DNA of 63,152 nucleotides, the filler included, from Octopus bimaculoides (lineage: Eukaryota): assembly GCF_001194135.2 (NCBI RefSeq). It is 6 parts of 6 records of this genome, joined end to end, with 100 filler letters (N's around TTAATTAATTAA, not from the genome) between each part and the next. Parts side by side here need not be neighbours in the genome. Positions count along the whole stretch, not along the records: positions 27,840 to 39,270 come from NC_069006.1; positions 39,371 to 55,394 come from NC_068991.1; 4 more parts are not named here. One strand, 5' to 3'. The translations under genes and the position numbers were made by a program. Below the pieces are notes generated by a model. The model did no database searches, was not told where the DNA came from, and saw only the letters and a list, made by a program, of their open reading frames with translations. Below, piece by piece: positions 28,974-41,803 of this stretch; positions within the stretch are counted from its first letter, which is position 1, and each line of letters begins with the position of its first letter.

Positions 28974-29122
28974 GCGACAAAAAGATAGCTGGATTGAAGA
29001 TACTAATTCTGAATATATCTTTGGCCTTTTCAACCAGTGGATTATTTGGATCCTTCTGTGAGTCCACCATAATCCCAAATCCTGTGGCAGCTATGACATC
29101 CATTGTATAGGCTGAGAACGAT
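28974..29122 (-). CDS. CYP3A: CYP3A-like exon (equivalent to exon 7), 149 nt
   Basis: ttttAG|A TCG TTC...TTG TCG C|GTTAGT; translates SFSAYTMDVIAATGFGIMVDSQKDPNNPLVEKAKDIF. Confidence 0.93.
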
Positions 29123-32100
29123 CTAAAATAAATAAAAACAAGANNNNNNNNNNNNNNNNNNNNNNNNNNNNNNNNNNNNNNNNNNNNNNNNNNNNNNNNN
29201 NNNNNNNNNNNNNNNNNNNNNNNNNNNNNNNNNNNNNNNNNNNNNNNNNNNNNNNNNNNNNNNNNNNNNNNNNNNNNNNNNNNNNNNNNNNNNNNNNNNN
29301 NNNNNNNNNNNNNNNNNNNNNNNNNNNNNNNNNNNNNNNNNNNNNNNNNNNNNNNNAAAGGCACAACAACTGAACGTTTAAGAGATGGAACCAGTGTTTC
29401 AATGATACTTTATTTATCGACGGCGAAATTAGGAGAAGTAAAGTCGACCTCGACAGAATTTGAAATCAGTATGTCTACGCAGAGGAAATAACGTGTACCT
29501 GAATGTCAGCTCGCCGTATTAACAACAACAACAACAATAATAATAATAATAATAATAATGATAATAATAATAATAATAACTGTAATTGTAAGGACCCTAA
29601 TATTAGGCTTGCTAATTAAGTAAGCTAATTTAAGAGATAGCAAAACAAGCTGTAATATAAAATGCTCAATATGAGCACACTTACTTAGTCCTATAGTTTA
29701 AAAGCAATAGCATGTTTAAATTAAATGGCAATTGTCTAATTTCCTAATTGCTTGAATTATAGAAAATTTCTATACCTTTTCCCCTTTCTATATTTATTAT
29801 GACAACAAGATATCCATTTGATTTTCTTATATCACTTTCCTTATATTTTCATTATATATTACAGAAACTTAGCCTTAAGTTATTGTAAAATATTTCTCGT
29901 GGAGTACTGACAACCAACGTTCTAATAATTCTTTCTAATTTGTGGCACTAAGCCAGCAATTTTTGGTGTAAGGAGCAAGTTGATTACATCGATTCCTGTA
30001 CTTGACAGTTGCTTATTTTATCGACCCTGAAAGGAAAAGTCGACCTCGTCGGATTTGAACTCAGAACGTAAAAAGCCGGAATAAATACCTCTAAGCATTT
30101 TATTCGACGATCAAAAGATTTTGTCAGCTTACCAGCTTCCTTTCATTTAATGTTGAAAGAAATTAAAAATTCAAAAAGAATGGTTGAATATTCTTACATA
30201 CCTTTTAACTTCTTGGCCTGTTCCACTTTCTGCCATCTTCCCTATGTTTTCTATCAACGTGTCAGCACATGTTTGAATCATTGAGTTCATCTACAAGAAA
30301 GTGAACCGCTTTTTAGAAAACAATCTAAGCAAGAATAAATATTTTATTATCAATATCTCAGATGTCATTTGAACAAACACGTCAACCTTTGACTCAAGGC
30401 CACGCAGTCTTCTTGCTCTTAATTTCCTATCACATCTACATTGTCTCCGATTCTCTGATTTGTTCAACTGGACTCTTCCCTGTCCGATACTCACTTTAAA
30501 CAACCCTGACAGGCCCAACACTAACGAACTAAGCTCAAAGCTTCCTAATACAGAATGTCATTCCTCTAAAGTTATCTATCTATCTAACCATGTTTTATCA
30601 TTTGTAGTCAGCACATCAGGGCTGCGAAGTCTATGTGTATAACTCTTTCCTCTAATCCAAAGTTTTAAACAACAATGAGGGTTTATTGAGAGTTTGATAC
30701 TTAGGTTAATATTAACCCCAGGGCAGCTCTTATCTATTAGACCCGTGCTCACATTCTAGCCATATATTTTATATTTTCTATAGACGAATACATTTAACTT
30801 AATATTACTTTATCGATGTGTTCTCACTATTTTTAAGTTGTTAAATTATAAAATGAGTAAGATTTTAGCAGCTATATCTAGCAGAACGGGCACAGCGCAT
30901 ATCACAATTGTCTTGTCCGTTAAGGTCGCTGATGAATATGGGGAAATAATACAGCCAATGAGACTTGTAGAAACATGGTATATCTTTCAATATTGTAAAA
31001 ACAAAAAGAAAATTAATCTCTAGGGATGAAACAGTCTGAAAATATAATCACTCTTGAAATAAATATTGTATATTTATATATTTCTTGTCACGGAAAAGGA
31101 GCTAGCTCCAGTTTTCCTGGAGTATTATAGGTATATTCATCCATTATGTAGACTAATCTTGAAGAGAAATTAAAGACACGTGACCTAATTGCTAGAGCAA
31201 TCCACTCACGTTCTTGCGATCGTAGTTTCGATTTCCGGACTACCCACCCTGTCATTGAACAAAACACTTCAATACACATTAATCTAGTCTATTCCGTGCT
31301 GAGTAATCCTGCGACGAACTGGAGACCCGTTCAGTGGGGAATGTTAGGGTCTCAGCCACTTGTACGCCATCGAAACTGGGTAACTGGTCCTTTGAGTTCC
31401 ATGTCTCTTGAAAGGAAAACCAGTTTAGTGTGGGGACGTTAAAGGGTGTCTCGATTAGGTATTGTCATAATAACAGTTGGAAACAAGAAGAGAATTAGAT
31501 CATTTATTCCATGTTAGCCTAAATTGTGTTTCACTACATCGTCTTCCCATTGTCTTGGGAACGTTCCCAGTGGCCTTAATCGATCTCTTGGATGTCCCAC
31601 TCCGATTGCACGGGTCCACCTGTCGTCTGTGAACTTTGCGACATGACCGACCAACAGAACTTGTGCATTTGGTGTTCTGCTATCACGTCATTCATTCTTC
31701 TCGGTTCTAGAATTTCTCCATTTTGGATACTCCTATCAATGATCTTTCTGTGGCCCTTTGAGTCGTAACCACTCCATATTCTTCCCTTTTCATGGGAGCC
31801 CACTTCAGCTTCTATAGAAACGAAAATGTTATATTTTCACGATTGTTCAAATACAGATCCATTACTTCAAAATATTTGTCCTTTTACTCTTTTTGTTTCC
31901 TGCTTTAACTTGTTTCAGTCCTATTGCGGCCAAGTTGGGGCACGGCCTTGAGGGGGGTTTCGTCTAATAAAATGACTAATGATAAGGGAGATATTCTAAA
32001 CAATATAAAATGGTATCCAGAAATTATTAGTGAATATTGAAATGTTTGGTAGAAATAATTATGTGGCGAGAAACAAGGAGAAGAAAAAAGAGGAACAGAT

Positions 32101-32757
32101 CGACAGAATATTTTCACAGTCACACAAACACACACACACACACACACACGTATATAGCTATGTATGTATGTATGTATGTATGTATGTATGTATGAGTATA
32201 TGTAAGGTTATTAGTGACGGGATCAGCTTTACTACCACAAAGGGGTGTTTAAATACATCTTAAAGTGAATATCATATTAGAACGCCGAATATTGACATTA
32301 AACTTGAGAGGCCCTCTTGTATATGTGCATACTTCATAGAAGCACAGCCATAAATCGTGGACGACGATAATCATCTAGTATGAGCACCACACGTGATTTC
32401 AGTTTCCCGGACCTCTTCAGAAGCAGGTGCCCGGTTCCTGCACTCCAGCCAAATCACAAAATGCATAGAATTTCATTGTCTTCTTATCCACTGATATCGC
32501 AAATGGCGAGCAGGCTTATTAAAAATTATTATTAGCGATGGTAACAGTCTTAGAACCAAAAGGCAGTCTTTGTAACCAACTTAACGTGGGACTATTGTTA
32601 GGACACCGAATACTGTGGAATTTGTTAGGGGTATAGTACTTTGTTTATATATATATANNNNNNNNNNNNNNNNNNNNNNNNNNNNNNNNNNNNNNNNNNN
32701 NNNNNNNNNNNNNNNNNNNNNNNNNNNNNNNNNNNNNNNNNNNNNNNNNNNNNNNNN

Positions 32758-32791
<34 letters not shown>

Positions 32792-33300
32792 AATTCAAGT
32801 AAAGGTATAATAACGAACGTGAGGAGTTGCACAGGAAATGTATTAGATAGACGCTCGGTGAGAGGAGAATGACTGAGGTTTTGAGCACAGCTCTTCGTCG
32901 GAAAGGAGAAATGGAAAATTCCAAGGAAGGAAAAGGAAAAGAAATAGCCAGTAACACACGCCTAGTTACGTTGCTGGAGTATATATAAATATATATATAT
33001 ATATGTATGCATGTATGTATTTATGTATGTATGTGTATGTATAATATACATTCGCTAATTCGCAATTTTCAGCCTAAAGGCAGAAATATATACGTCACTA
33101 AGGTGAACACAGAGCACTAATCAGCACCAGGATTGCTAGAAATAAGTATCAAAACAACTCAATAGCCACAGAAACACTATTTTAATGAGCTCATTGAGAT
33201 AGTGTTTCTGTGGCTATTGAGTTGTGTTGACTCTTATTTCTAGCAATACTGGTGATGATTAGTTTCCTTTAATGACGAATATATTTGATACAAACATACA

Positions 33301-33350
<50 letters not shown>

Positions 33351-34728
33351 NNNNNNNNNNAAGTTTTGGTTCGTATTATGACCGCATCATCATTTATTAG
33401 ATTGATTTATCAGAGATAATATCTAGAAATGCATACTTACCGCTCTCATTTGATGAGAGCTATAAGTCGGAGCTAGTATAGTTCGTAGATATTTCCAATG
33501 ATCATCTTTGGCACCCGGAATTCCAAGATTACTGATTTCATCTCCTAGAAACGGCTGAAGAACGATAAGGGTAAGATTCCGATTTGATATAAATTCTAAT
33601 GGTGTTTTTTTCGATATTTTCTTCATTAGATATTGTACACATACACACATACAGACACTTACACATAAAACCATACCCACACACACGGATGAATGTACAA
33701 ACACACATAATTCATATATAGCATTTATATAAACTATTGAAAAGGTTGCAAGACGCAACAAAAATTTTAGAAAAATAAAGAAGGAAATAAGTGGAACTTT
33801 TACCGGTGAGTGTGTTAGATTTTAAGGCACTAAAAGAAAATNNNNNNNNNNNNNNNNNNNNNNNNNNNNNNNNNNNNNNNNNNNNNNNNNNNNNNNNNNN
33901 NNNNNNNNNNNNNNNNNNNNNNNNNNNNNNNNNNNNNNNNNNNNNNNNNNNNNNNNNNNNNNNNNNNNNNNNNNNNNNNNNNNNNNNNNNNNNNNNNNNN
34001 NNNNNNNNNNNNNNNNNNNNNNNNNNNNNNNNNNNNNNNNNNNNNNNNNNNNNNNNNNNNNNNNNNNNNNNNNNNNNNNNNNNNNNNNNNNNNNNNNNNN
34101 NNNNNNNNNNNNNNNNNNNNNNNNNNNNNNNNNNNNNNNNNNNNNNNNNNNNNNNNNNNNNNNNNNNNNNNNNNNNNNNNNNNNNNNNNNNNNNNNNNNN
34201 NNNNNNNNNNNNNNNNNNNNNNNNNNNNNNNNNNNNNNNNNNNNNNNNNNNNNNNNNNNNNNNNNNNNNNNNNNNNNNNNNNNNNNNNNNNNNNNNNNNN
34301 NNNNNNNNNNNNNNNNNNNNNNNNNNNNNNNNNNNNNNNNNNNNNNNNNNNNNNNNNNNNNNNNNNNNNNNNNNNNNNNNNNNNNNNNNNNNNNNNNNNN
34401 NNNNNNNNNNNNNNNNNNNNNNNNNNNNNNNNNNNNNNNNNNNNNNNNNNNNNNNNNNNNNNNNNNNNNNNNNNNNNNNNNNNNNNNNNNNNNNNNNNNN
34501 NNNNNNNNNNNNNNNNNNNNNNNNNNNNNNNNNNNNNNNNNNNNNNNNNNNNNNNNNNNNNNNNNNNNNNNNNNNNNNNNNNNNNNNNNNNNNNNNNNNN
34601 NNNNNNNNNNNNNNNNNNNNNNNNNNNNNNNNNNNNNNNNNNNNNNNNNNNNNNNNNNNNNNNNNNNNNNNNNNNNNNNNNNNNNNNNNNNNNNNNNNNN
34701 NNNNNNNNNNNNNNNNNNNNNNNNNNNN

Positions 34729-34776
<48 letters not shown>

Positions 34777-35307
34777 TGTATATATAGAGTAGAAGTAGCC
34801 ATTCTGTGTCTGATTTTCGCTTATGCCATTTACTACGTTTTTTTAACTCCATGTGTGTATATATACATAGGTATGTGTGTGTATGTATGCATGTATTAGA
34901 TACATAAAATACATAATATATGACTTACAGATCGGTTGGTAAAATTTGAAAATTTTTTAATTAAAACTTCTTGGATAAATTCTGGATCGGACACAACAAG
35001 ATTTGGGTTTACTCCAAAAAATATCCTGTGAACAATGTTTAGAAAGAAAATAAAGAAGCTATACGTATTTAGACAATATTTGAAGGCAATGTTAAAAAAT
35101 AATGTTGCTATTTACCGAGTAAACTTAAAGACTAAAGATCCGAGGTGCTAAAGCTTCAACTATCATATTGTATTTTAAGAATGTATTGACGAACACATGA
35201 TGCATATTTAGGAATGCTGTAGGTTCTGGGTCCATCAACGATTTAACGAATTGTAAACAGATTGTGTGGACACACACACACGCACACATACATTTCTCTC
35301 TCTCTCT

Positions 35308-35354
<47 letters not shown>

Positions 35355-35664
35355 TATATATATATATATATATAATACAAATAATATGTGAGTATATGCA
35401 TATATACGTACATGTATGTACATACCTACAACTACATATATATATATATATATATAGATGCATATCTGGTACAGGACGTCACAAAAAAACGTGGACAAAA
35501 TGAAAAACGGGAACATACATATAAATTTATATAAATAAGGATAAGATCGATATTTAAAATACCTATCTTATCAAGTGGCCAGCATGGGAATAAAAACCAT
35601 CAAAGGTAATAATTATTTAAAATTATAATTATCTCTTAGATAGCCTAAATTATAATTATAATTA

Positions 35665-35701
<37 letters not shown>

Positions 35702-35843
35702 NNNNNNNNNNNNNNNNNNNNNNNNNNNNNNNNNNNNNNNNNNNNNNNNNNNNNNNNNNNNNNNNNNNNNNNNNNNNNNNNNNNNNNNNNNNNNNNNNNN
35801 NNNNNNNNNNNNNNNNNNNNNNNNNNNNNNNNNNNNNNNNNNN

Positions 35844-35907
<64 letters not shown>

Positions 35908-36211
35908 GGTAATTAAATTCGTAATATGTGTTTTCTGGAGATTTAAATGTGTAAATAACCAATTCTTCGAATATGTACATACTTTCCAATCTAAGTGTCA
36001 GTGATATATAGAATTTTGACTATATGAATCTAATTATTTCATATCTGCCTTCTTTGGAAGAATTACCCTATCTCAATTGAATATATGAATAAATTCTAAC
36101 TTTTACCTATAAATTTCACCCATTTCAGTTAACCGAATTATGAATAGATCATTCTTACCCATATATATCACCATAAACTTCTCTCCAGTATTTGAACACA
36201 GAAGTGAATCC
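28974..36211 (-). CDS. CYP3A: Partial clan-3 (CYP3A-like) cytochrome P450; join of exons 36211-36159, 35025-34929, 33554-33441, 30290-30202, 29122-28974 (equivalent to CYP3A4 exons 3-7)
   Basis: All five exons have AG/GT boundaries and splice into one open frame of 502 nt: GFTSVFKYWREVYGDIYG-IFFGVNPNLVVSDPEFIQEVLIKKFSNFTNRS-PFLGDEISNLGIPGAKDDHWKYLRTILAPTYSSHQMRA-MNSMIQTCADTLIENIGKMAESGTGQEVKR-SFSAYTMDVIAATGFGIMVDSQKDPNNPLVEKAKDIFRISIFNPAIFLS. It contains the C-helix WxxxR and the clan-3 'YTMDVIA.TGFG' and 'DP..P.V' motifs. Exon sizes 53/97/114/89/149 compare with 53/100/114/89/149 in human CYP3A4 (recalled). The symbol is family-level only. Confidence 0.93.
30202..30290 (-). CDS. CYP3A: CYP3A-like exon (equivalent to exon 6), 89 nt
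   Basis: ttgtAG|ATG AAC TCA...GTT AAA AG|GTATGT; translates MNSMIQTCADTLIENIGKMAESGTGQEVK. Confidence 0.9.
31500..31800 (-). mobile_element. RTE LINE 3' fragment
   Basis: QRATERSLIGVS.. and VGHVAKFTDDRWTRAI...PRD...P.G..PRQWEDDVVK. Confidence 0.75.
32780..32990 (-). mobile_element. Penelope-like 3' tail with a decayed hammerhead
   Basis: Minus strand CCGACGA-A-GAGC(tgt)GCTC-AAAA-CCTC at 32871-32902 within a pyrimidine-rich tail. Confidence 0.5.
33117..33262. repeat. 146-bp spacerless palindrome
   Basis: 73-nt arms with about 7 mismatches, centred on GAG|CTC at 33189/33190. Confidence 0.9.
33441..33554 (-). CDS. CYP3A: CYP3A-like exon (equivalent to exon 5), 114 nt
   Basis: ttcAG|CCG TTT...ATG AGA GCG|GTAAGT; contains WKYLR (WxxxR). 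Confidence 0.93.
34929..35025 (-). CDS. CYP3A: CYP3A-like exon (equivalent to exon 4), 97 nt
   Basis: cacAG|G ATA TTT...AAC CGA TCT|GTAAGT; translates IFFGVNPNLVVSDPEFIQEVLIKKFSNFTNRS. Confidence 0.93.
36159..36211 (-). CDS. CYP3A: CYP3A-like exon (equivalent to CYP3A4 exon 3), 53 nt
   Basis: ttcAG|GGA TTC ACT...ATA TAT GG|GTAAGA; translates GFTSVFKYWREVYGDIYG. Confidence 0.88.
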
Positions 36212-36605
36212 CTGAAATATTAAAATACAAAGAATTAATTTTCATTACAATAATTGTTCAGCTTTAAGTGTCGTAACAATCAAAATTCATAAGAATGTCT
36301 TTAACTGAGACATGTGCATAGTTAAAGTTATTTGACCCCATTTCAACCGGAGATAAGCAGACAAGATCAAAAACATTCCAACCGTGACGAACTACTACTT
36401 TATTCGTTCAGGCATTGGACTTCATTCCACAATTTGTCCCTCCATATTTAAAAGGAATTTCGTTAGTTGTTTTCTCTTATTTTATTCACATATTCTATAA
36501 GCATACACACACATTAGCACAAACACGTATACATAGAAACACATTCACACACACGCACCCACACACACACACACATATGTATATACATTTATATGTTATA
36601 TATGA

Positions 36606-36652
<47 letters not shown>

Positions 36653-37878
36653 CATACATTAGATTTAATTAATGATGTTTGAAATAGATAGAGTGTGTAT
36701 GCTGTTTACAAATGTACAAATAGATTAAGATTACTCAGATGAAGTTTAGAGCACCACATAGATGATCATCTGAAGAAATTTCTGTAATTACTTTATAGCA
36801 TTTGTTCCTACGTACGTTTCATCATAGTGGTTGTTTTAGAACACTGCATCAGATGTTCCAGATGCAGATATCAGTCTTCTGTATCATAATGCAATGAAGT
36901 GTTGCTTGATGCTCTGTTGCACTTAAGTATCCATTTCCAATTGAATGCTGAACCATATATACGAATGCGTAGATGTGTCTGTTTGTGTTTGTGTGTGTGC
37001 GTGTGTGTGTGTGTTTATTTGACTATTTGTGTTTGTGTTTATTCCACCACCAACAACAACAACAGCATCACTACCTTGCGGTTCTTCATAAGTGAAACAA
37101 TGGAATAAGTAAGAGACTTATGAAAATAAGTACTGGGTGAGGAGTGATTTCTCCACTAACTCTTCAAAGCGATACTCAATTATGACCGCAGTCGAAGGAC
37201 CGAAACACTTAAAATCATAGATCCATAGCTATATAGTATGTTTTACCAATTCCAGGGGGTCGAAACACAATTTTTGTTTTCCCTTTTTTATCTTCTGTTA
37301 CATGTTTCAGTAACTGAACTGCTGCCATATATAGACAACGAGTTTCCACACTGTTTCCGTGAACGTAATCCACTTACAAGGCGTTAGTCGGCCCAGTGCT
37401 ATTGTCGAAAATACTTGTCCAATGTGTTGTGCCATGACACTGACCACGAAACCACAGTTGAAAGGAGTTTATTAGCCACGCAGCCATACCTGCGCCTTTT
37501 CACATAAGTAGGCCAACTGGACATCAGTGACAACTGGGAAATCTCTCCAAGTCTTGCAGCCGCATGAGCAACAATTATGAAAAAGCTTAATCAAGGATGG
37601 GGTAAATTGCAGAATGGTTTCTGATTTAGACACAAAGTCAGTAAATTTGAGAAGAGGGGTAACTTGATATTATCAACCCCTGTACTGGACCGGTAGTTTA
37701 TTTTAAAGACCCTGGATTGACGAAAAGCAAAGTTGTGCTCAGCGGAATTTCATCTCACAACGCAAAGAACAGGAACAAATGTAGTAAAGAAATTTTCAGC
37801 CACTCTAACGTTTCTGCTGCCAGATTGTTGCGTTTAAAATTATAATTTTTAATTTAGACACGAATCCATCAGTTTTGC

Positions 37879-38230
37879 CTTTAGTCGAGCAAATCGACCC
37901 CAGGACTTATTCTTTGTAAGCCTAGTACTTATTCTATCGGTCTCTCTGGGTGAACCGCTAAGTTACGGAAACGTAAACACACCAGCATCGGTTGTCAAGC
38001 GATATTAGGGGGACAAACACAGACGCACAAACATATATACACACATACATATACATAGATATATACGACGGGCTTCTTTCAGTTTCCGTCTACCAAATCC
38101 ACTCACAAGGCTTTGGTCGGCCCGAGGCTATAGTAGAAGACACCCGCCCAAGGTGCCACACAGTGGAACTGAAATTGGAGTCACGTGATTGGGAAACAAG
38201 CTCCTTACCACGCAGCTATGCCTGCGCCTA
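37879..38230 (-). mobile_element. CORE-type SINE, near complete
   Basis: Reverse complement of the 51100 family; CpGs retained. Confidence 0.85.
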
Positions 38231-39063
38231 CATGNNNNNNNNNNNNNNNNNNNNNNNNNNNNNNNNNNNNNNNNNNNNNNNNNNNNNNNNNNNNNNNNNN
38301 NNNNNNNNNNNNNNNNNNNNNNNNNNNNNNNNNNNNNNNNNNNNNNNNNNNNNNNNNNNNNNNNNNNNNNNNNNNNNNNNNNNNNNNNNNNNNNNNNNNN
38401 NNNNNNNNNNNNNNNNNNNNNNNNNNNNNNNNNNNNNNNNNNNNNNNNNNNNNNNNNNNNNNNNNNNNNNNNNNNNNNNNNNNNNNNNNNNNNNNNNNNN
38501 NNNNNNNNNNNNNNNNNNNNNAAGTTTCTTCTCCCAAACCTAATAAATTAACAAAATGAAATAAAATAAAAAAGAGCGCAACACCAACGTCCTCTCCACG
38601 GTTAACCGGAGATGATTTTAAAGATTAGAATATCTGAATAAATTCGATTGATCTCACAATCGAGAATACTAAAAATGAACCCGACCGCTCTCAGAAATTA
38701 AGTATAAAAACAGGAAAATGAATCCAGAATCCTTATCCGGTACCGGATCGATCCCCAAATCTAATCAGTCCGTGCCAGTCACGAGGCCAAACATCCATGA
38801 AACAAACAAACACGACGCTAAGGCAGAAATAATAATAATAATAATAATTTTTTCAATCTTTGGTAGAATCCCAGCAATTTCGAGCGCAGTGGTTAAGTCG
38901 AGTACATCGATCCCACTGGTCAACAGGTAATTATTTCATAGACCCCAAACCGATGACAGGCAAAGTCAATCTTGGCGCAGTTTGAACTCACAACACGTAG
39001 GTGTGGGTGAAATAACGCTAAGCATTACGTGCAACGTGCTAACAATTCTGTCAGCTCACCGCC

Positions 39064-39113
<50 letters not shown>

Positions 39114-39130
39114 CCTGCTCTATATTTAAG

Positions 39131-39240
39131 ACACTTGATGAAGGCTGGAGGATATATCAGCTGAATCGTTGTGTTAACAACAAACAAGATGAGGACAAAT
39201 ACCCGTCAAATGTAAATAATGTAAATAATAATAATAGCCC
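39131..39240 (+). mobile_element. Penelope-like 3' end with a decayed type I hammerhead (39131-39174)
   Basis: ACAC-TTGATGA-A-GGCTG..CAGCT-GAAT-CGTT-GTGT, followed by the tail GATGAGGACAAATACCCGTCAAATGTAAATAAT, which recurs at 51067-51098 (+) and 50843-50900 (-). Confidence 0.65.
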
Positions 39241-39373
39241 GCAGATGTCCAGTGCCGATGGAGGTTAAAGNNNNNNNNNNNNNNNNNNNNNNNNNNNNNN
39301 NNNNNNNNNNNNNNTTAATTAATTAANNNNNNNNNNNNNNNNNNNNNNNNNNNNNNNNNNNNNNNNNNNNATA

Positions 39374-39424
<51 letters not shown>

Positions 39425-40145
39425 GTGTGTATGTGTGTGTATATTTTTGCGTGTCTGTGTTTGTCCCCCCAAAATCGCTTGACAACCGATGGTGGTGTGT
39501 TTGCATCCCTGTAACTTAGCAGTTTGGCAAAAGAGACTGATAAAATAAGTACTAGGCTTACAAAGAATAAGTCCTGGGGTCGATTTGCTCGACTAAAGGT
39601 GGTGCTCCAGCATGGCCACAGTCAAATGACTGAAACAAGTAAAAGAGTAAAGAGAGTATATTCCTTTCTCAGATTCATGCACTAACTGAAGTGGTCACTC
39701 AGTTTTTCTACGTCCTGTAAAAGAACACAGAATGTTGGGCCTTCAGCCAGGCCTCTTGTGATACTCTTAAAGCCAGGAATTTTTCAGCACCCATTAGCAT
39801 GTGGCCACAAGTTAACGTAGACACCCTCTTAGCCCTCACACATTTGACTCAGCAGAACACTGAGGATGTGGTAGCTAGGGTGATGGGAAAGACAGGGTTG
39901 TACTACCTATTAACTGGTGTCCATTTCAACCAAAATGTCTTGCTCAAGGATATAATATAGCACTTCATCCGGGAATCACACACACAAGCTAATGATCAGG
40001 AGACTATCAGCCCTAACCATTAGGTCAGATGCCTATTCACATGATTTAATTCTTTCATTACCAGATTTCTGTCAAAATGCACTGGTTTTGTTTCAGAGAA
40101 TTTAGAAAATACTGAAGAATTTTGTAAAATAACTGTCATCATTAA

Positions 40146-40375
40146 GCAGATGTAAGGTGGCAAACTGGCAGAACCATTAGCAAGTTGGAAAAAATGTTTA
40201 GTGGCATTTCACATGTCTTTACATTCTGAGTTCAAATTCCACCAAGGTCGACTCTGCCTTTCATTCTTTCAGGGTTTATAAAATAAGCACCAGTTGAGCA
40301 CTGGGGTCGATGTAATTGACTTAACTGCCTCGCCTTAAACTTGCTGGCCTTGTGCCAAAATTTGAAACCATTATT
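40146..40375 (+). mobile_element. Meta/MESC-type SINE, CpG-decayed
   Basis: Same architecture as the 20455 copy, with most CpG converted to TpG/CpA. Confidence 0.8.
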
Positions 40376-41769
40376 AAGTAGGTGTTTGGAATATAAATTA
40401 ACATGAAATTCTGATGGAAAATTTTAATTTAGATCACTTTAAAACCTGAAGTTTGTGTCATAAAACCAGAGACAGTCCCTGGCAGGGTGATCTCAAAATA
40501 GCTAAGGGGGCCTATAGCTGCTATTTCTAGCTGGTTAAACACAGCATAGAAGCTTTCTCATTAGCTCAGTTTTACATATACTCACTTAGGTTCAGCTCAC
40601 CACTGACACATTTACACGTATTATCAGAATCCATTCTGTTCCATCACTGTCCGTCCCATGTTTGATATTTTTTTTTTGAGGCTACAAGAGTGTTACATTA
40701 TCCAAGTGTTCTCCCCTTATTTTTAAGATGTTAAAGTAGCATGTGATTGAAAATAGGACTTGCCCTCACCTATTTCCAAAGCAAAGTAATATTTCCACAC
40801 AGCCAGACATGTTTTTGCAGCATACTGGAAATGACGGCTACTCCTTCATTTACAGCTATCATGTGACATACACAGACATACAACAACACATATTTTCTCT
40901 TTCTTTTATCTTTTACTCGTTTTAGTTATTGGACTGCAGCCATGCAGGGGCACTGCCTTGAAGAATTTTTAGTTGAACAATTGACCCCAGTACTTATTTT
41001 TTCAAGACAAACTTATAGGGACATAAACAAACCAACACCAGTTACCCAGTGGTGGTGACACACACACACACACACACACACACACAAGTACACAATGGGC
41101 TTCTTTCAATATCTGTCTACCAAACCCACTCACAAAGCTTTGGTCAGCCCAAAGCAATAATAGAAGACACTTGCCAAAGGTGCCATGTAGTGGAACTGAA
41201 CCCAGAACCATGTGGATGGGAAGCAACCTTCTCACCACACACCTACACTTATGCTTACAGACACACACACACACACCTGGCTTCTTTCAATCTCCACCTG
41301 CCAAATGCACTAACAATCCTTTGGTGGGCCCAGNNNNNNNNNNNNAGCCCAAAGCAATAATAGAAGACACTTGCCAAAGGTGCCATGTAGTGGAACTGAA
41401 CCCAGAACCATGTGGATGGGAAGCAACCTTCTCACCACACACCCACACTTATGCTTACACACACACACACACACACACACCTGGCTTCTTTCAATCTCCA
41501 CCTGCCAAATGCACTAACAATCCTTTGGTGGGCCCAGGATTACAGCAGAAGACACTCGCCTAAGGTGCCACAAAATGGGACTGAACTTGAAACGATGTAG
41601 TTGGCGAGCAAACTTCTTAACCACACAGCCATGCCTGCATCTCATTGTCAACATCTATGAATAATTACTGGAAGACTAACAAGGTCATTAGAGTTTAGAA
41701 TGAATAATTTTCTCTTACTCTCCCTCCAACACCAGTGTATATATATATATCTGCGTGTTACCGCTACCC

Positions 41770-41803
<34 letters not shown>

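Noticed and set aside
11321-34852. Long ORFs full of X
   Set aside because: They are open only because they run through N gaps
41146-41533. Near-identical 190-bp tandem duplication (also 20860-20940)
   Set aside because: The copies flank a 10-12 N gap, typical of unmerged contig overlaps or haplotypes
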